The translations under genes were made by a program, and so were the position numbers. This document shows, piece by piece, positions 39,740 through 52,559 of a DNA stretch of 64,000 bases; the first letter of the stretch is position 1; every line of letters starts with the position of its first letter. Origin of the DNA: Hemiscyllium ocellatum. Taxonomy: Eukaryota. The stretch lies in NCBI RefSeq assembly GCF_020745735.1, contig NC_083437.1:19778001-19842000 (forward strand), in the 5' to 3' direction. The notes below the pieces were generated by a model, which was not told where the DNA came from, made no database searches, and saw nothing but the letters and a program-made list of their open reading frames with translations.

Positions 39740-39900
39740 TAATCTGTGTGTTGTAATGTCGATTGAGGGATAAATGGGAAAGCCGGGAATAATTCCTCTT
39801 CTAAGCAGTGCCATGGAATTATTTTTTTTTTTACAGACACTTGAGAGGATTGACAGGATGATGTTCTAACATTGATCATCACATCTGAAAGGCAGCACTG
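39740..39900 (-). mobile_element. Deu-type SINE relic
   Basis: gattgagggataaat..agtgccatgg..acatctgaaaggcagcac. Confidence 0.4.
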
Positions 39901-40511
39901 CTGTTTAGTGGAAAGTGCACACGATGATATAGCTGATGGTGTTGCTGTGAGATCAGAGGAAATCAAAAGACAAGATCAGACTGTAGGAAGGAAGCATGTA
40001 GACATTATATTAGAGAGCTGTATTCACCAAGTTGTGCTGTTTAAAAGTGAGTAAAGAGTGTTATAATAGTGAAGAGAATGAGAGACCCTTACTTTAGTAT
40101 AAAGGTAAATGAGGATACTAGCGACCCAGAGAGCAATATTTGAGTAAACCCATCATCCATGTGTATGTCACTCAGAGATACTAAGCAGAACTATCTAACA
40201 CACTAGTAGAAAGGTCAGCATTAAGTGTGCATCTCTGGCATACAAATATAGGAGTAGGCCATTCATCCCCTTGATCCCTTCCTATTCCAGCACTACCCCA
40301 TTATCTCAATGTCTTGAGTAACTAGCAACCAATCATTTAAAATGATTTATTTAATAACTGAGATTGCACAGTCTTCAGGGGCAAAGAATCCCAAAGACTC
40401 TATTCTGCAGAAGGGCCACTGCACCAGAGGCATGAACTCTGCTTTCTCCCCACACCTGCTGTGATTTCCCAGCATCATTTTATCGCTCCAGCCCTGAAGC
40501 TCCCAGCCCTC

Positions 40512-40635
40512 GTTCCTGATGAAGGGCTTTTGCCCGAAACTTTGATTCTCCTGCTCCTCGGATGCTGCCTGACCTGCTGTGCTTTCCCAGCACCACACTC
40601 TCGACTCTGATCTCCAGCATCTGCAGCCCTGACTG
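40512..40635 (+). mobile_element. Single arm of a Penelope-end element with hammerhead motif
   Basis: CTGATGA-A-GGGC(TTTT)GCCC-GAAAC at 40516, followed by the full tail. Confidence 0.8.
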
Positions 40636-41794
40636 TCGCCTGTTTCCCAGCATCAGCTTCCCTTTATACTTTGAGACTCTGTGTCACAGTGTGGAGAATG
40701 AAGCCATATGGAGTTTCACACACAAAAAAATGAAGGTAGAGATACTAGAGCTTTGGCAATCCTGAGGTTGTGAAATGTGCTGTAAATACGGACGTGTGAT
40801 AGATTTCCAGTAGAAATGGGACTTCCCCCTGCATCTTCTGGCCCAGAGCAAGGACACTACCAATGCACTACAAGAGCTCTCATGTACTGTACACATGTAG
40901 TCTGCTGAATGGGATGCAGCCCTCATAATGGCAGCAGAACTAAGGAAATTTATGTGAATGAAAAGAGACTGAGGGACAGAAGACAAGGTTGGAAATGCAA
41001 GGAAGTTTCTCAATGTAAAGACATGAATGGTGTTCCATAGGACTGTCTTTTGAGGCTGCTCTCATGTCCCATGTACTTATCAATGGCCTGGATTTGGGAA
41101 CTGAGTGAGTGAGATTGAAACTTGCTGGTGGCCCTCTATAGACAACGGTGATTAAAGACTGTTCAAGGGTTTAAATTTTGTTAACAAGCCAGGCAGACAG
41201 ATAGCAGACACAGTTCAGTGTAGGAGCTGCACCATATTTGAGTTGAGTAGAAGCATAGAGGAATAACACAGGTCAGTAAAGATGGCAGCACGAATACCAA
41301 ACCTAGGCAATTGATGCTGCTTTTATTTAATACTTCAGTTAGACTGCAATTCTGTACATTTGGGGAACTCCATTACAGAACAAGTCAAAGTAGAATGTGC
41401 ATTTGCAGACCCAGTTTTGTGAAGGTGAGTCATTTTTCAACAGACTTTAGAGGTGGCCTGATTGAGACCTTTAGGATCAAGAATGGGTTAAAAAGTGATG
41501 CATTGTTTCGCAATGTAGCCCAACATTAAGATGATCGCAGGAAGAGTTAACATGGAGACTGAGGAAGATGGTTCTCTAGCAGAGGATAGCTGTAATATGC
41601 TTTCAAACATTGGTAAAGCAACATCCACAGGCCAGAAGCTCTTTCCAACATGTTCCTGCTCCATTTGAAGGATTTTGCTGCAGGTACAATTGTGAATGTC
41701 GTTTCCACACGCTGTTCCTGCAGGACATTCAGTAAAGTTACAGCAGGGGAGCAGGAGTGGTTCTGTTTTAAAAATAAGTTTGAATGCAGACAGC

Positions 41795-41924
41795 TTGGAT
41801 AGTGACATCATAACCCCAGCCAAAGTGGAATGATTGGCTAAGTCTTCGGGCTTTCATACCTGACAATCTCACACTGGGTGACTAACATTGATTTTATACT
41901 CAGAGTTTAAAGTGTGTGGCCGTC
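41795..41924 (+). repeat. ~130-bp inverted repeat, left copy (partner at 44312-44443)
   Basis: ggcc..cacactttaaactc..gtataaaatca..tcaggtatgaaagc..gaagact..gccaatca matches in reverse complement. Confidence 0.85.
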
Positions 41925-42317
41925 CTGCTTTTTGCTGTGGCTGTGATCCAGCTGTGGGCCTGGCCCGGTTGCTGGATATTGTCCACTACTGTCTACCTGA
42001 CTGTGTACCTGTATTGCCTACACTTCTTTCTGAACAATTACAGAAATGAAATTCACAGCTTTTTTTTATCTTACACTGAAGAATACAAGAAAACCAACTT
42101 TACTGAAAAAGCAAGAATTTAAACAGCTTTGAAAGATGATGCTGTTGATTGGCATGAAGATAAAGCCAGAACTATTGACAGTCTTAGTTAATGACTGGCA
42201 GACTATGTATCAAGCCCCTCATCGCTTTCGCTATCTGCAGCAGACACATGCCAACTATACCGAACTAACGGGCACTTGCTCAACCAGAATATCCTATCCA
42301 ATATTACAGCTTTTTAA

Positions 42318-42630
42318 TTTCAAAAATATACTTTATTCATAAAAATATCTTTATATACATAGTCACTAAAGCAGTTCATTTCTGTGCAGTAGCTTTTGCA
42401 GAAACAAGCAAGCATCAGAGTTTGACTCTAACCAGCAAACAAGCCAAAGGTAACTGTTACTCATGTAAGACTATATTTGCATAGGTTTGGGGCATCGAGT
42501 GTGTCTGATCACTGAACGGAACCCCATTTAACTTTGACAGAACAACCTTAGACAGTGGCCTTTCCCCAGCACACCTTCGTGGCAGTTGCCCCAGGCTTTG
42601 GTGTATCCCTCAGCGTACACTCCTGGACCT
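42318..42630 (-). mobile_element. Tx1/L1-clade LINE 3' end
   Basis: Minus strand VQECTLRDTPKPGATATKVCWGKATV*, then a UTR with AATAAA and an A-rich end. Confidence 0.6.
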
Positions 42631-43959
42631 GTAATCTGCAATTGGATAACATTCACCAAATAACCCTGACTGCACTAAGAATTAGACGGAAATCAATTTA
42701 AGATTGCACAGTGTAAATTGGGCATGCTAAAAGCTACATAGATTTATGCACAGGGCCCTGTACTTTGCAGGCAAATCTGTACTGTCCACAGATTGTACCT
42801 TTATCACTGAATAAAAGGACAGTGGATCACTGCTGCATCCTAATGGCAGTGTCCTGACCAATCTGAGTCAAGACTGTGTTAACTGTTCCTGCTGCATCTC
42901 TGAGCCAATCATAGTTCGATCAATCTGCGTCTTCTTCACATGTTGTATAAATCATTGCTTTCTTTCGAAAGTTGGTTTTCTTGTATTGAATCCTGGTGAG
43001 TGCAAAATGAGAAACTCCAACGTCATGTCTGTTTTTAGCAATATTTGTTCTGTGCAACCAAGTAATTAGATGAATAAATAGGATTTATTGTTGTAATTTA
43101 GATTGTTTCTTACGTGATCTATCAAATATCCCTCCCCACCTTCTGTGGCTCACGTAGTGGCGCTAAAGCTCATACTAAAGAAAAAGAATAGTCAACAGTA
43201 TTGGGAGAGTGGGCTAGTAGAGGGTGGTTTATCAAGGAAAGTCACAGCTCTTGTCATGTCTTTGTGCTGTGAGAATCTGTATTCTGTGTGGAAAAAGGAA
43301 GTAGTCTCAGCACAGGGCAGAATGCAGAATTTGTAGCCCAGCTCAGCATTCAGTCGGTCCCAGTGTTGCAGTTAGACAGAGGGATAAGTCAAAAGCCCAA
43401 AGTTGAGCAAGCTGTATTTGTAGTTTGTAAGCTGCACCAACAAGCTGTAACTAACATCCAAGAAATGATCAAGTTATTTTGTGTTATTGTTTGATTACCA
43501 GGCCATTAGTTCTGGAAGCCATCCACCAATAACCTTTCTCATTCTTGCACACATGACTCTCTCACCCCCCCCCCCCCCCCCCCCCCCCATCTCGCACGTG
43601 CACAGTCTCTCTATCGCATGTGGGTGCACACACACTCTCCCTCCTTTCAGAAGGTCCTTTAAAACTGACCTTTTTGATCAAGCTATTGGTCCATAAGATA
43701 TAGAAGAAGAAGTAGGCCATTCAGCCCATTGAGTATTCTCAATCATTCAATGAAATCATGTCTGATCTGCTCATCCTCAAGCTCCACTTACCTGTTTTAT
43801 TCCTTTAAGCTTAGATTTCATTCCTGATGAAAATTCTGTGTATCTCACAAATCAAAGTTGAATAATCATAGTCATCATGAGCTATTGCCATAAACCCTTG
43901 TGATTGTGGTCACCTTTTGTTGTTATTCTCATGTGGCTTCAGTGTCAACATTTATCGCA

Positions 43960-44311
43960 GGGCGGTACAATGGCTCAGTGGTTAGCACCGCTGCCTCACT
44001 GCGCCAGGACCCTGGGTTCAATTCCACCCTCGAGCGACTGTCTGTGTGGAGTTTGCAAATTCTCCCTGTGTCTGCATGGGTTTCCTCTGAGTGCTCTGGT
44101 GTCCCCCCCAGAGATGTGCAGGTTAGGTGAATTGGCTGTGCTAAATTGCCCCCCAGTGTCCAGGGATATGCAGGTTGGGTGGGTTAGCCAGGGGAAATAT
44201 AGGATTACAGGCAATGAGGTTAATGGGGGATGAGCCTGGGTGGGATGCTCTTTGGATGGTCAATGTGCACTCTATGGGCTGAATGGCCTGCTTCCACACT
44301 GTAGGGCATTC
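43960..44311 (+). mobile_element. HE1 SINE
   Basis: A/B boxes, core, tail. Confidence 0.88.
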
Positions 44312-44443
44312 GATGGCCGCACACTTTAAACTCTTGAGTATAAAATCAGTGCTAATTACTTAGTGTGAGACTGTCAGGTATGAAAGCTTGAAGACTGAGC
44401 CAATCACCTCCCCTTTGCCTGGGGTTGTGATGCCACTGTCCAA
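44312..44443 (-). repeat. ~130-bp inverted repeat, right copy
   Basis: Reverse complement of 41795-41924, about 80% identical by eye. Confidence 0.85.
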
Positions 44444-45698
44444 TCCTGAAGGCTCTTGGGTCAATTATGACAGTGATTATTTCCCCCTCCAATTCTATTT
44501 TGATTTAGTCCCTGCCCTCCCCTCCACTGTTTGATCACACAGCATCGCCCTTTGATGGGAAGGGCACTGCTTGTCACTGGCTACCCGGGTGTTTCTCTTT
44601 TGAGAGCTGGATCAGTGTAAGTGTGTGCACGTGTGCAAGGACTCTCCTCCTTAAAACAAAATGACAGTGATTGTCGTAGGTTGTTGTTGTAAATGCAATA
44701 TTCAGACTGACAAAGGCAGAAAACACCGGGAAAGCTGCCTGTGTTTTCCTCAGGTGCCTGCTAATGTAGCAGGACATGGAGGGAGGCAAGGCACAGTTCA
44801 GGGTTTAAGCATCTCACCGCTGAGCTCTGGCCATGTTCCACCTGCACCAGTGTTTCTCTCCCTCCCTACCACCCCCCAACAACATGTATTTGTTTCTCGT
44901 GAGCCTCTCCCTTGGAAGAGTGAACTGAAAAGGATGGCTTTGTGTGGACAGAATCAATAGAAGCTGTATGGGCACTGCTTCCTTTTTATTCCTCTGAGAG
45001 GCTGATAAATCAGCCCATCGATTCCATGATACACTTGGCTGTTGCACGGTGTGAGTGAGTTAGTGATTCTCCTGGGCTCCTGCTGAAATGTCAAATCCTA
45101 ATTATTTCTCAGATTGCTGAATAGTGTAATGATTCATACCAGGATTTCGATTAATCTCCAGCATTTCAGTGACTTTGAATTCCAGGAGGAGATGTGTTTT
45201 TAATTACTTGTCCTAATAAACAGAGCTTCATGTTACTGGAACGCTGTTTCCACCCGGCATCCTTCCTTTCTGTAAACGATGTTACTCTATTGTCTTGTTA
45301 ATTGCCACGTTGAATTCTGGTGCCATAAAATTTTTGTTAAGGGGTATATTCCTTTGAGGACCATATTGCTCCTACAAGGGGGCCCTGAGGGAGAATGATT
45401 GGATGTATCACTCTGGCACAAGGTTGTTATATTTGGCCTCGGGATCTCTAGATTTGGTGAGTTTGGGGAGTGGGAGCAGGGAATCCAATAGTGAGGTTAC
45501 CTGATCACTATCCTGGGCATAGTGCAGAGAGAAAGAGAGACCAGGCACCACTGTGATGCCTCTACATTTCAATAGCTGATGCAATTTGCTGTCAGTGTGA
45601 AGAAAAGGCAGTGTGGGGGCATTTGCTGCTGTACCACCCCAGCAGCACCTTCAGAGGAATGGGGAGAAATGACCAGATCAAGGTAGTTTTTCTTCATG

Positions 45699-45915
45699 GA
45701 AAAAGTGAGGTCTGCAGATGCTGGAGATCAGAGCTGAAAATGTGTTGCTGGTTAAAGCGCAGCAGGTCAGGCAGCATCCAAGGAACAGGAAATTCGACGT
45801 TTCGGGCATAAACCCTTCATCAGGAATTGGGGCTTAATGCCCCGAAACGTCAAATTTCCTGTTCCTTGGATGCTGCCTGACCTTCTGCGCTTTTCCAGCA
45901 ACACATTTTCAGCTC
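45699..45915. mobile_element. Palindromic Penelope-end element with TSD
   Basis: TSD tagtttttcttcatg at 45684-45698 and 45916-45930. Confidence 0.9.
45791..45828 (-). ncRNA. Minimal type I hammerhead ribozyme (complete motif)
   Basis: AATTC-CTGATGA-A-GGGT(TTAT)GCCC-GAAA-CGTC-GAATT: 5-bp stem I, 4-bp stem II, palindromic ACGT in place of stem III, GUC cleavage triplet. Confidence 0.7.
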
Positions 45916-46279
45916 TAGTTTTTCTTCATGTCCTGTTGTGCTCTGCCTGTCCACTGAAATGTGTGCTTTTACTGAAAATGGTGTCACTGCTGTGCTATCA
46001 CAAGTCACACTCTCCCATTACAGCCAAACGACTCATTTGCCCATTTCCCCCATGGAACCCTCATGCTGTTGGTCTCTGCTGTCACAGTTCAATTTGGTTA
46101 GGTTCCTTACAGTCACAAACTAGTTAACCAAACACCTGCTGACCGACAGGTTAAAATAAAGCTGACTACTGGGCGAAGACCTTGACAAGTGAATGAGGCT
46201 GGATAGATACGTCCAATAGCAGGTCCCTTCAGCGAGAGGCCAACACGAAAGCTTATTGTAAGGTTTTTATTAGCACTTG

Positions 46280-47130
46280 ACTGTTACCTTTTGGTTTATT
46301 CACTGATGGGGCATGGGTGCTGCTGGCCAGCCAGTGAATGTATTGTCCATGCCTAGTTGCCCCCGAGCAGTAGCAGTGGTGGACTCTCCCTCTTTATGAT
46401 CATTTAAACGGGCATTGGATAGGTATATGGAGGATAGTGGGCTCGTATAGGTTAGGTGGGCTTGGATTGGCGCAACATCGAGGGCCAAAGGGCCTGTACT
46501 GCACTGTATTTTTCTATGTTCTATGTAGAAGATGAGCTACCTTCTTGGTCCACTGCAGACCATGTGTGTAGGTGACCCACAATGCCCCTTAGGGAGAAAA
46601 TTCCAGGATTTTGACCCAGTGACAGTGACGAAACAGCAATAGATCAATGCTATTGATCTATTTCCAAGCCAGGATGGTGAGTGGCTTAGAGGGCAGCTTG
46701 CAGGTGACTGTGTTCCCACATACCTGTTGCCCTTGACCTTTGAGATGGAAGTGATTGTGAGTTTTGATGGTGCTGTCTGAGGGTCTGTGGTAAATTTCTG
46801 CAGTGAATTTCTGTAGATAGATAGTACAGACTGCTGCTACTGAGTATTGATGGCAAAGGGAGTCGATACTTGTAGATGTGGTGCCAATCAAGTGGGCTGC
46901 TTTGATGTCAAGCTTCTTGAGTGTCGTTGGAGCTGTCTCCATCTGGTCAAATGGGGAGTACTCCATCACACCCTGACTTATACCTTGTAGATGGTGGTCA
47001 AGCTTTGGGAGTCAGGAGGTGAGTTACTCACCACACTATTCCCAGTATCTAACCTGATCTCATAACTGCTGTATTTATGTGGCAAGTCCAATTAAGTATT
47101 GGTCAATGGTAAGGCCCCCAGGATGTTGAG
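46280..47130 (-). mobile_element. L2/CR1-clade LINE 3' fragment, interrupted by a CR1 tail
   Basis: MEYSP....APTTLKKLD..AAHLIG..SL.H...VAAVCTIY remnant. Confidence 0.7.
46370..46525 (+). mobile_element. Short CR1 3' end nested in an older LINE
   Basis: tttaaacgggcattggatagg...gggccaaagggcctgtactgcactgtatttttctatgttctatg. Confidence 0.8.
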
Positions 47131-47646
47131 AGTGGGGCATTGGGTGATGGTATCTGCACTAATTCAACTGATGGTGTTTGTCTTTGTCCTTTTCTGTTCC
47201 ATCAGTTAAGATTGAGGAGGGACAGAGGAGATGGCCCTGTTTAATACACAGCGCTTTGTTTGCTGTGTAGCTGGGCAGTCTAACCCATTATAGTTTAGAG
47301 ACGGGATGTAGCTGTAGATAGTGATTCGGAGTTTTCTCTGACATTGATCTGTTCCTAAAATTGAGTAAGGTCAGCCTTGGGTCCTCTATACTTGGTGGAG
47401 CCGTGAGGAGCTCATAAACCTAATGTTTATTTCAATCTGCTCAAAGTACAAAGAGATAGTACAAAACAGAGAGCTTGTACTGATGCTGCTGCAATTTCTC
47501 TCTCTCATGACAATTCAATCACATCTCATGTCAATCCTGAGTTTCAGCAACCATAACATGATGACAGGCCACAACCTATCACTACCAAGATGCTACAGTA
47601 GCTAGTCTGGAACAACCATTTGAGGTGTAAATGAGCTGAAGAAAAT

Positions 47647-47980
47647 GGTGGCATGGTGGCTTAGTGGTTAGCAAGGCTGCCTCACAGCACCAGGGATCTG
47701 GGTTTATTTCCCACATCAGGTGACTGTCTGTGTGGAGTTTGCAAATTCTCCCTGTGTCTGTGTGGGTTTCCTCCCGGTGCTCCGGTTTCCTCCCACAATC
47801 CAAAGATGTGCAGGTTAGGTGAATTGGCCAGGCTAAATTGCCCATAGTGTTAGATGCATTAGTCGAGGGTAAATATAGGGTAGGGGAATGGGTCTGGGTG
47901 GGTTACTCTTCAGAGGATCGGTGTGGACTTGTTGGGCTGAAGGTTCTGTTTCCATACTGTAGAGAATCTAATTTAATCTA
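47647..47980 (+). mobile_element. HE1 SINE
   Basis: A/B boxes, core, taatc tail. Confidence 0.9.
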
Positions 47981-48684
47981 AAGTGGGTTAATGTTGGTCA
48001 CGTTTAATGTTGAGGCATTAAATTGTGACATTATCCTTTTCAAATCTCTTCATGCCTGTGTCCCTCCCCTATCTACAGCTTCCTGGAATGGGACAGAATC
48101 CCAGACTTAGGGGAGACTTAGGATAAAATCTGATGATGTGACACAGTGTACACCATCAGAAGTACCGCAGTGTAACGTGTCCTTGCTCTGTCAGCCTTGT
48201 GGCAAGATGAAACTACGGTGAGATGCTTCGTCAGTTAATGAGGTTCATGTTTTCCCGAGCTAAGCAAACCCTGTAGAGCTTCTTTCACAGCACAGAAAGA
48301 ACGAGGAGATTTTTCCCTCCAACTTCACAACTCTCCAAAGATATCTGTGCCCCCTTTCTTGTGGGCTTGTGTACATTCCCAGTTAAAGTTGCTTTACCAT
48401 CAATGGCTGAGCCCAAGCCCTGGAATCCCCTCCAAAAATGTTCCGTCTCTCTTTCTGTCTTTCCCCTTTCAGGCACATCTGAAATCAGTCTTATCACCTA
48501 ATATTTCATTTATATACTTCACAGCGTCATACTTAGTTATACAATGCACCTTGTAACCTTCAATTACATGAATGGTGTTCTATAAATAGAAGCTGTTGTT
48601 ATTGTTGCACTGTGTATTGTGTGGTGTCGGGTATCACCATGTATACAACAGAAACTCTTTATCTCGGCTGTATTGTATATCAGA

Positions 48685-48897
48685 GTTGAGAGTGTGGTGC
48701 TGGAAAAGCAACAGCAGGTCAGGCAGCATCCGAGGAGCAGAATTGACGTTTCGGGTATAAGCCCTTCATCAGGAATCAGGGCTTATGTCTGAAATGTCAA
48801 TTCTCCTGCTCCTCAGATGTTGCCTGTCCTGCTGTGCTTTTCCAGCACCACACTCTCAACTCTGATCTCCAGCATCTGCAGTCCTCACTTTCTCCTC
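48685..48897. mobile_element. Palindromic Penelope-end element with TSD
   Basis: TSD gctg(t/g)attgtatatcaga at 48667-48684 and 48898-48915. Confidence 0.88.
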
Positions 48898-50294
48898 GCT
48901 GGATTGTATATCAGATCACACTGTTTAGTGTGTATGTTGTGTAGAAGCGAGGTAATTGTACTGCACCCTGGTAAAATGGACCACTACTCCATCAGATTGT
49001 TTTAAGGTAACATCAGCAGGAAGTTGTTGATACATTGCTTCTACCATTCAGACGATTCGGATCGGAGACCCATCCTGGGAAGGCAGCGGTGACTGTGGAC
49101 ATCAGGTTCCACAGTGGCAGCCATCAAGTGCCACACAAGCTGGGCAGTTTCACCAGCAGGGGCATCACACCCGAGTGTATTGTATTGTCACACGACTGGG
49201 CAGGGATCAGGATTAACTCTGGCCAGTCCTCTCCAGAGACCTGGAGGAAAGTTGTAGGCTGCCAGAGGGTGAGAGAAAAAGATCAACTGGGGAGTGACTC
49301 TAAGATGCTCTCCTGGGCTAAATAGCTCAGTATCAGACAATATTGTGCACATGCTGACAGAGCCAAGCAATGAGGGACTGTCGGAGACTGGGTGATCCAC
49401 AGGAGCTCCGTCCTGATTGAAGTGTAGTCAGTCAGTCAGTCATGTCTAGCTCTGACTGCAGTGAAGGGAGTGGCCACGTGAGAATTGTTATTGAGACTGA
49501 CATGCAGCAACACAGTTAGTCATGGATCCTTGGTGTAACCATAATTACCAGGTTAATGCAACTCTGCAATCAATAGCTTATTCATTCATAATATGCTGTT
49601 TATGAAATGCATTGTAATGGCCTAATGATTTAATCATAATTAAAACACATGGCATTTACTCAGAGAGTGATGTCCTGGGGTCTTGCTGTTTGCAGATTGA
49701 TGGCAATCCAGCACTAGTTTAGCTCCGATGCTCTCTGCACGTGGTCATTGCTGAACTCCAGTTGGGCTGTCCTGTATAAACTGGCTGCAGTTTCACCCAC
49801 ACCATCACCAGGCACCGGGTGCAAACTGCTGAACAACAGACTGATTGCTGCGACACAGCATGAACCAACCCGATAGCGATTTTCACTGCTCCCTCCCCGC
49901 TTTGTGGTTAGTGAATTTATGGCATTGTGTTCGCACATGACATTCCCTTGCTCTGTCTGTGTTGTATGAGGCTGTCTGTTGTAGACAAATGTATACTTCA
50001 TTACCTTTATATCATGCACATGCCTTAATATCGCTGCTGCAGCTGCACCGGCCTTTCCATCAATGTGTTTTGGAACTGGACGGCTCTGCAGCCCTGGCCC
50101 TCTGTGCATTTAATCACCTCTGGGCTCCCAGAGTAACTTAATGGATATGTTCAGTCTTTAATTTGAAGCCTTTCAGGTTACAGATGTGCCATCCTTCAGT
50201 CTGCAGCTCCTGCTATCCTAACAGATCCCAGCTGACACTGAGGATGCTAGAATTGTCCTCAATGCCACTAGGCTAGGAAGAGGGATAATAGCAG

Positions 50295-50420
50295 CTGAAA
50301 ATGTGTTGCTGGAAAAGCGCAGCAGGTCAGGCAGCATCCAAGGATGCCTGACCTGCTGCGCTTTTCCAGCAACACATTTTCAGCTCTGATCTCCAGCATC
50401 TGCAGACCTCACTTTCTCCC
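50295..50420. mobile_element. Palindromic Penelope-end element, centre (ribozyme) deleted
   Basis: TSD agagggataatagcag at 50279-50294 and 50421-50436. Confidence 0.88.
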
Positions 50421-51094
50421 AGAGGGATAATAGCAGTCAAGGTGACCGTGAACCTGGAATTCAGTTGGCCTTACTGCTCACCCATAACCCCCCGATCTCC
50501 CACTCCAGCCATCCCTATGAAAAAACGAGTGTCCACTAACCAGATAACCTGATCCCCTTTCTAATCTCCTGATCCTTCTCACAAACCTCCGATCCATCAA
50601 CTCCCCACCTCACCCAAACTAGGGTCTGAATCTTTCCACCACCACCCGCTTAATCCTTCAAATTTGCCTCCTCCCCTTAGGACCCTCAGATTGGCAGAGC
50701 TCCTTACTTTAAGATGACCCTTTGACCCCCCCATCTCTCTCAATGCCACCACCAACGGACCCCCGCCCATCTCTCCATCAGAACATTTCTCCCTGCCCTT
50801 TCAAGGTCAACTCCAGAACCCTCCCAAGATCAATGACCTGTGACCCTTCCCCTTCTCTGCCGCCGGTGCCAACCCCATTCCAGCCACTGTGCAGCCCCAT
50901 TGCATGCTGGGGCCGTGACCAGAGAAAGCCAGACCCGTCAATTACACTGGTTCCTCTGGGCGAGGAACTGATCCATCAGTGTTTTTTTTTTGCAGATGGT
51001 GTGTAGGAAAGTCGCACTTTCTGAACTCTCCAGCTCAGTGCGACCCCCACCCTATCCTGACCTGTCACACTCAGAGGGTCAGCTAAATTATAGT

Positions 51095-51305
51095 TCTGGA
51101 TCAGTGGTGCTGGAAGAGCACAGCAGTTCAGGCAGCATCCAACGAGCAGCGAAATCGACGTTTCGGGCAAAAGCCCTTCCTGATGAAGGGCTTTTGCCTG
51201 AAACGTCGATTTCGCTGCTCGTTGGATGCTGCCTGATCTGCTGTGCTCTTCCAGAACCACTAATCCAGAATCTGGTTTCCAGCATCTGCAGTCATTGTTT
51301 TTACC
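51095..51305. mobile_element. Palindromic Penelope-end element with TSD
   Basis: TSD cagctaaattatagt at 51080-51094 and 51306-51320; hammerhead core at 51180-51207. Confidence 0.88.
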
Positions 51306-51379
51306 CAGCTAAATTATAGTCCAGGCTACCGTCTCTGATGGTTTGGGGTGGAGGGGTCACTTGCTCAGGACAATGGCTC

Positions 51380-51600
51380 AGCCATTTCGGACAGAAATGA
51401 GGAGAAATGGTTTCACCGAAAGGATTGTACGTCTTTGGAATTCTCTGCCCCTGGGACATTGAGTCTGTTCAAAACGAGACAATAAAATCCAGGATATGCC
51501 AACTGGGCTATAATGTAGAATTGAGCTTAATGTAGATGAGCCTGATCTTTTTGAATGGTGGACCAGGTTCCAGGGTCAGCAAGACCTCCTGCTCCCATTA
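51380..51600 (+). mobile_element. Old CR1 3' fragment
   Basis: EMRRN.F..R....WNSLP remnant. Confidence 0.5.
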
Positions 51601-51849
51601 TTTCAAATGTTTTGGAGCTGATTTTCAAACTTCAGTCTGAATGGGCTTCGACCATCTAGCTCTGGATTCTCAGGAAATATGTTCTGAAAGGCTTGTATAA
51701 GATTAACTGAAGCACCACAATATCATTGCACTGACCAGGTTGTCACTAAGGAGATTCCTGTTGAGTAAAATCTTTATCATAGAATTGTCAGCGATGCCCC
51801 TCTTTCTGAACAGTATTGTTTACCTGCTTTAACAAAGGTAAAACGCACC

Positions 51850-52440
51850 TCTTGGGTTTAGCAGCTTTTGTATTTGATACTCGCACACAGTAATCTCTAC
51901 AGTGGGGCAACTGCCCACTGATTGGATGATTGCTGTCCACTCAGTTCACTAGCATGATCCCTTGTCTTTTTAATTCTCTGTCTCCCTCCCCCACAGTGTC
52001 CTCAGTCTCCTGCATCCCATTTCTCCTCCAATGACATTCAGTGAAAACTCCAAGAAAGAGCTTCTCATCTCTCACTGAGACACTCCATACCATTTCAGAC
52101 TCCGCAAATAATTTCAACAACTTCAACCGACTGCCACTGTCCGAACTTCTTTCATACAACAGTCGTTAGTAAAGTCATTTTATTAAAACTTTGCCGGGTT
52201 ACCATTTGGTTTCTGCTGTGCATCCATTCTGTCAGGTAATCTCTCCTGCGTTCTACCCCAGAAGTGACTTTCCCTCCAATTCTTTTCTCCTCTTTCCCTT
52301 CTCTGTCTCTTAAAGCCTGCTCCATCTCAAACGTCTTCCAGTTCTGACGAAAGGTCATCGACCTGCAGCAATAACTTGATTTCTCTTTGGTGAGAAATGC
52401 TGTGCCCGCATTTTCTGGTTTCGATCCCACATCTGCTGTG
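51850..52440 (+). mobile_element. Old Penelope endonuclease/3' end relic
   Basis: Degenerate C-terminal remnant, pyrimidine tract, then a decayed hammerhead CTGACGA-A-AGGTC(ATC)GACCT at ~52344. Confidence 0.45.
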
Positions 52441-52559
52441 CCACCATCCTGGGGCTTTAATGGTTGAGGTCCTGTGAATGAGAGAGGTTGGGTGATGCAC
52501 TGAGAGAACACCGCAAGGTGAATGAGAGTGAAATAGAAAGGACAGGACGGCTAGGAAAG

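Noticed and set aside
47204-47370. Possible exon after the acceptor ttctgttccatcag
   Set aside because: No convincing open frame or recognisable peptide; cannot be supported.
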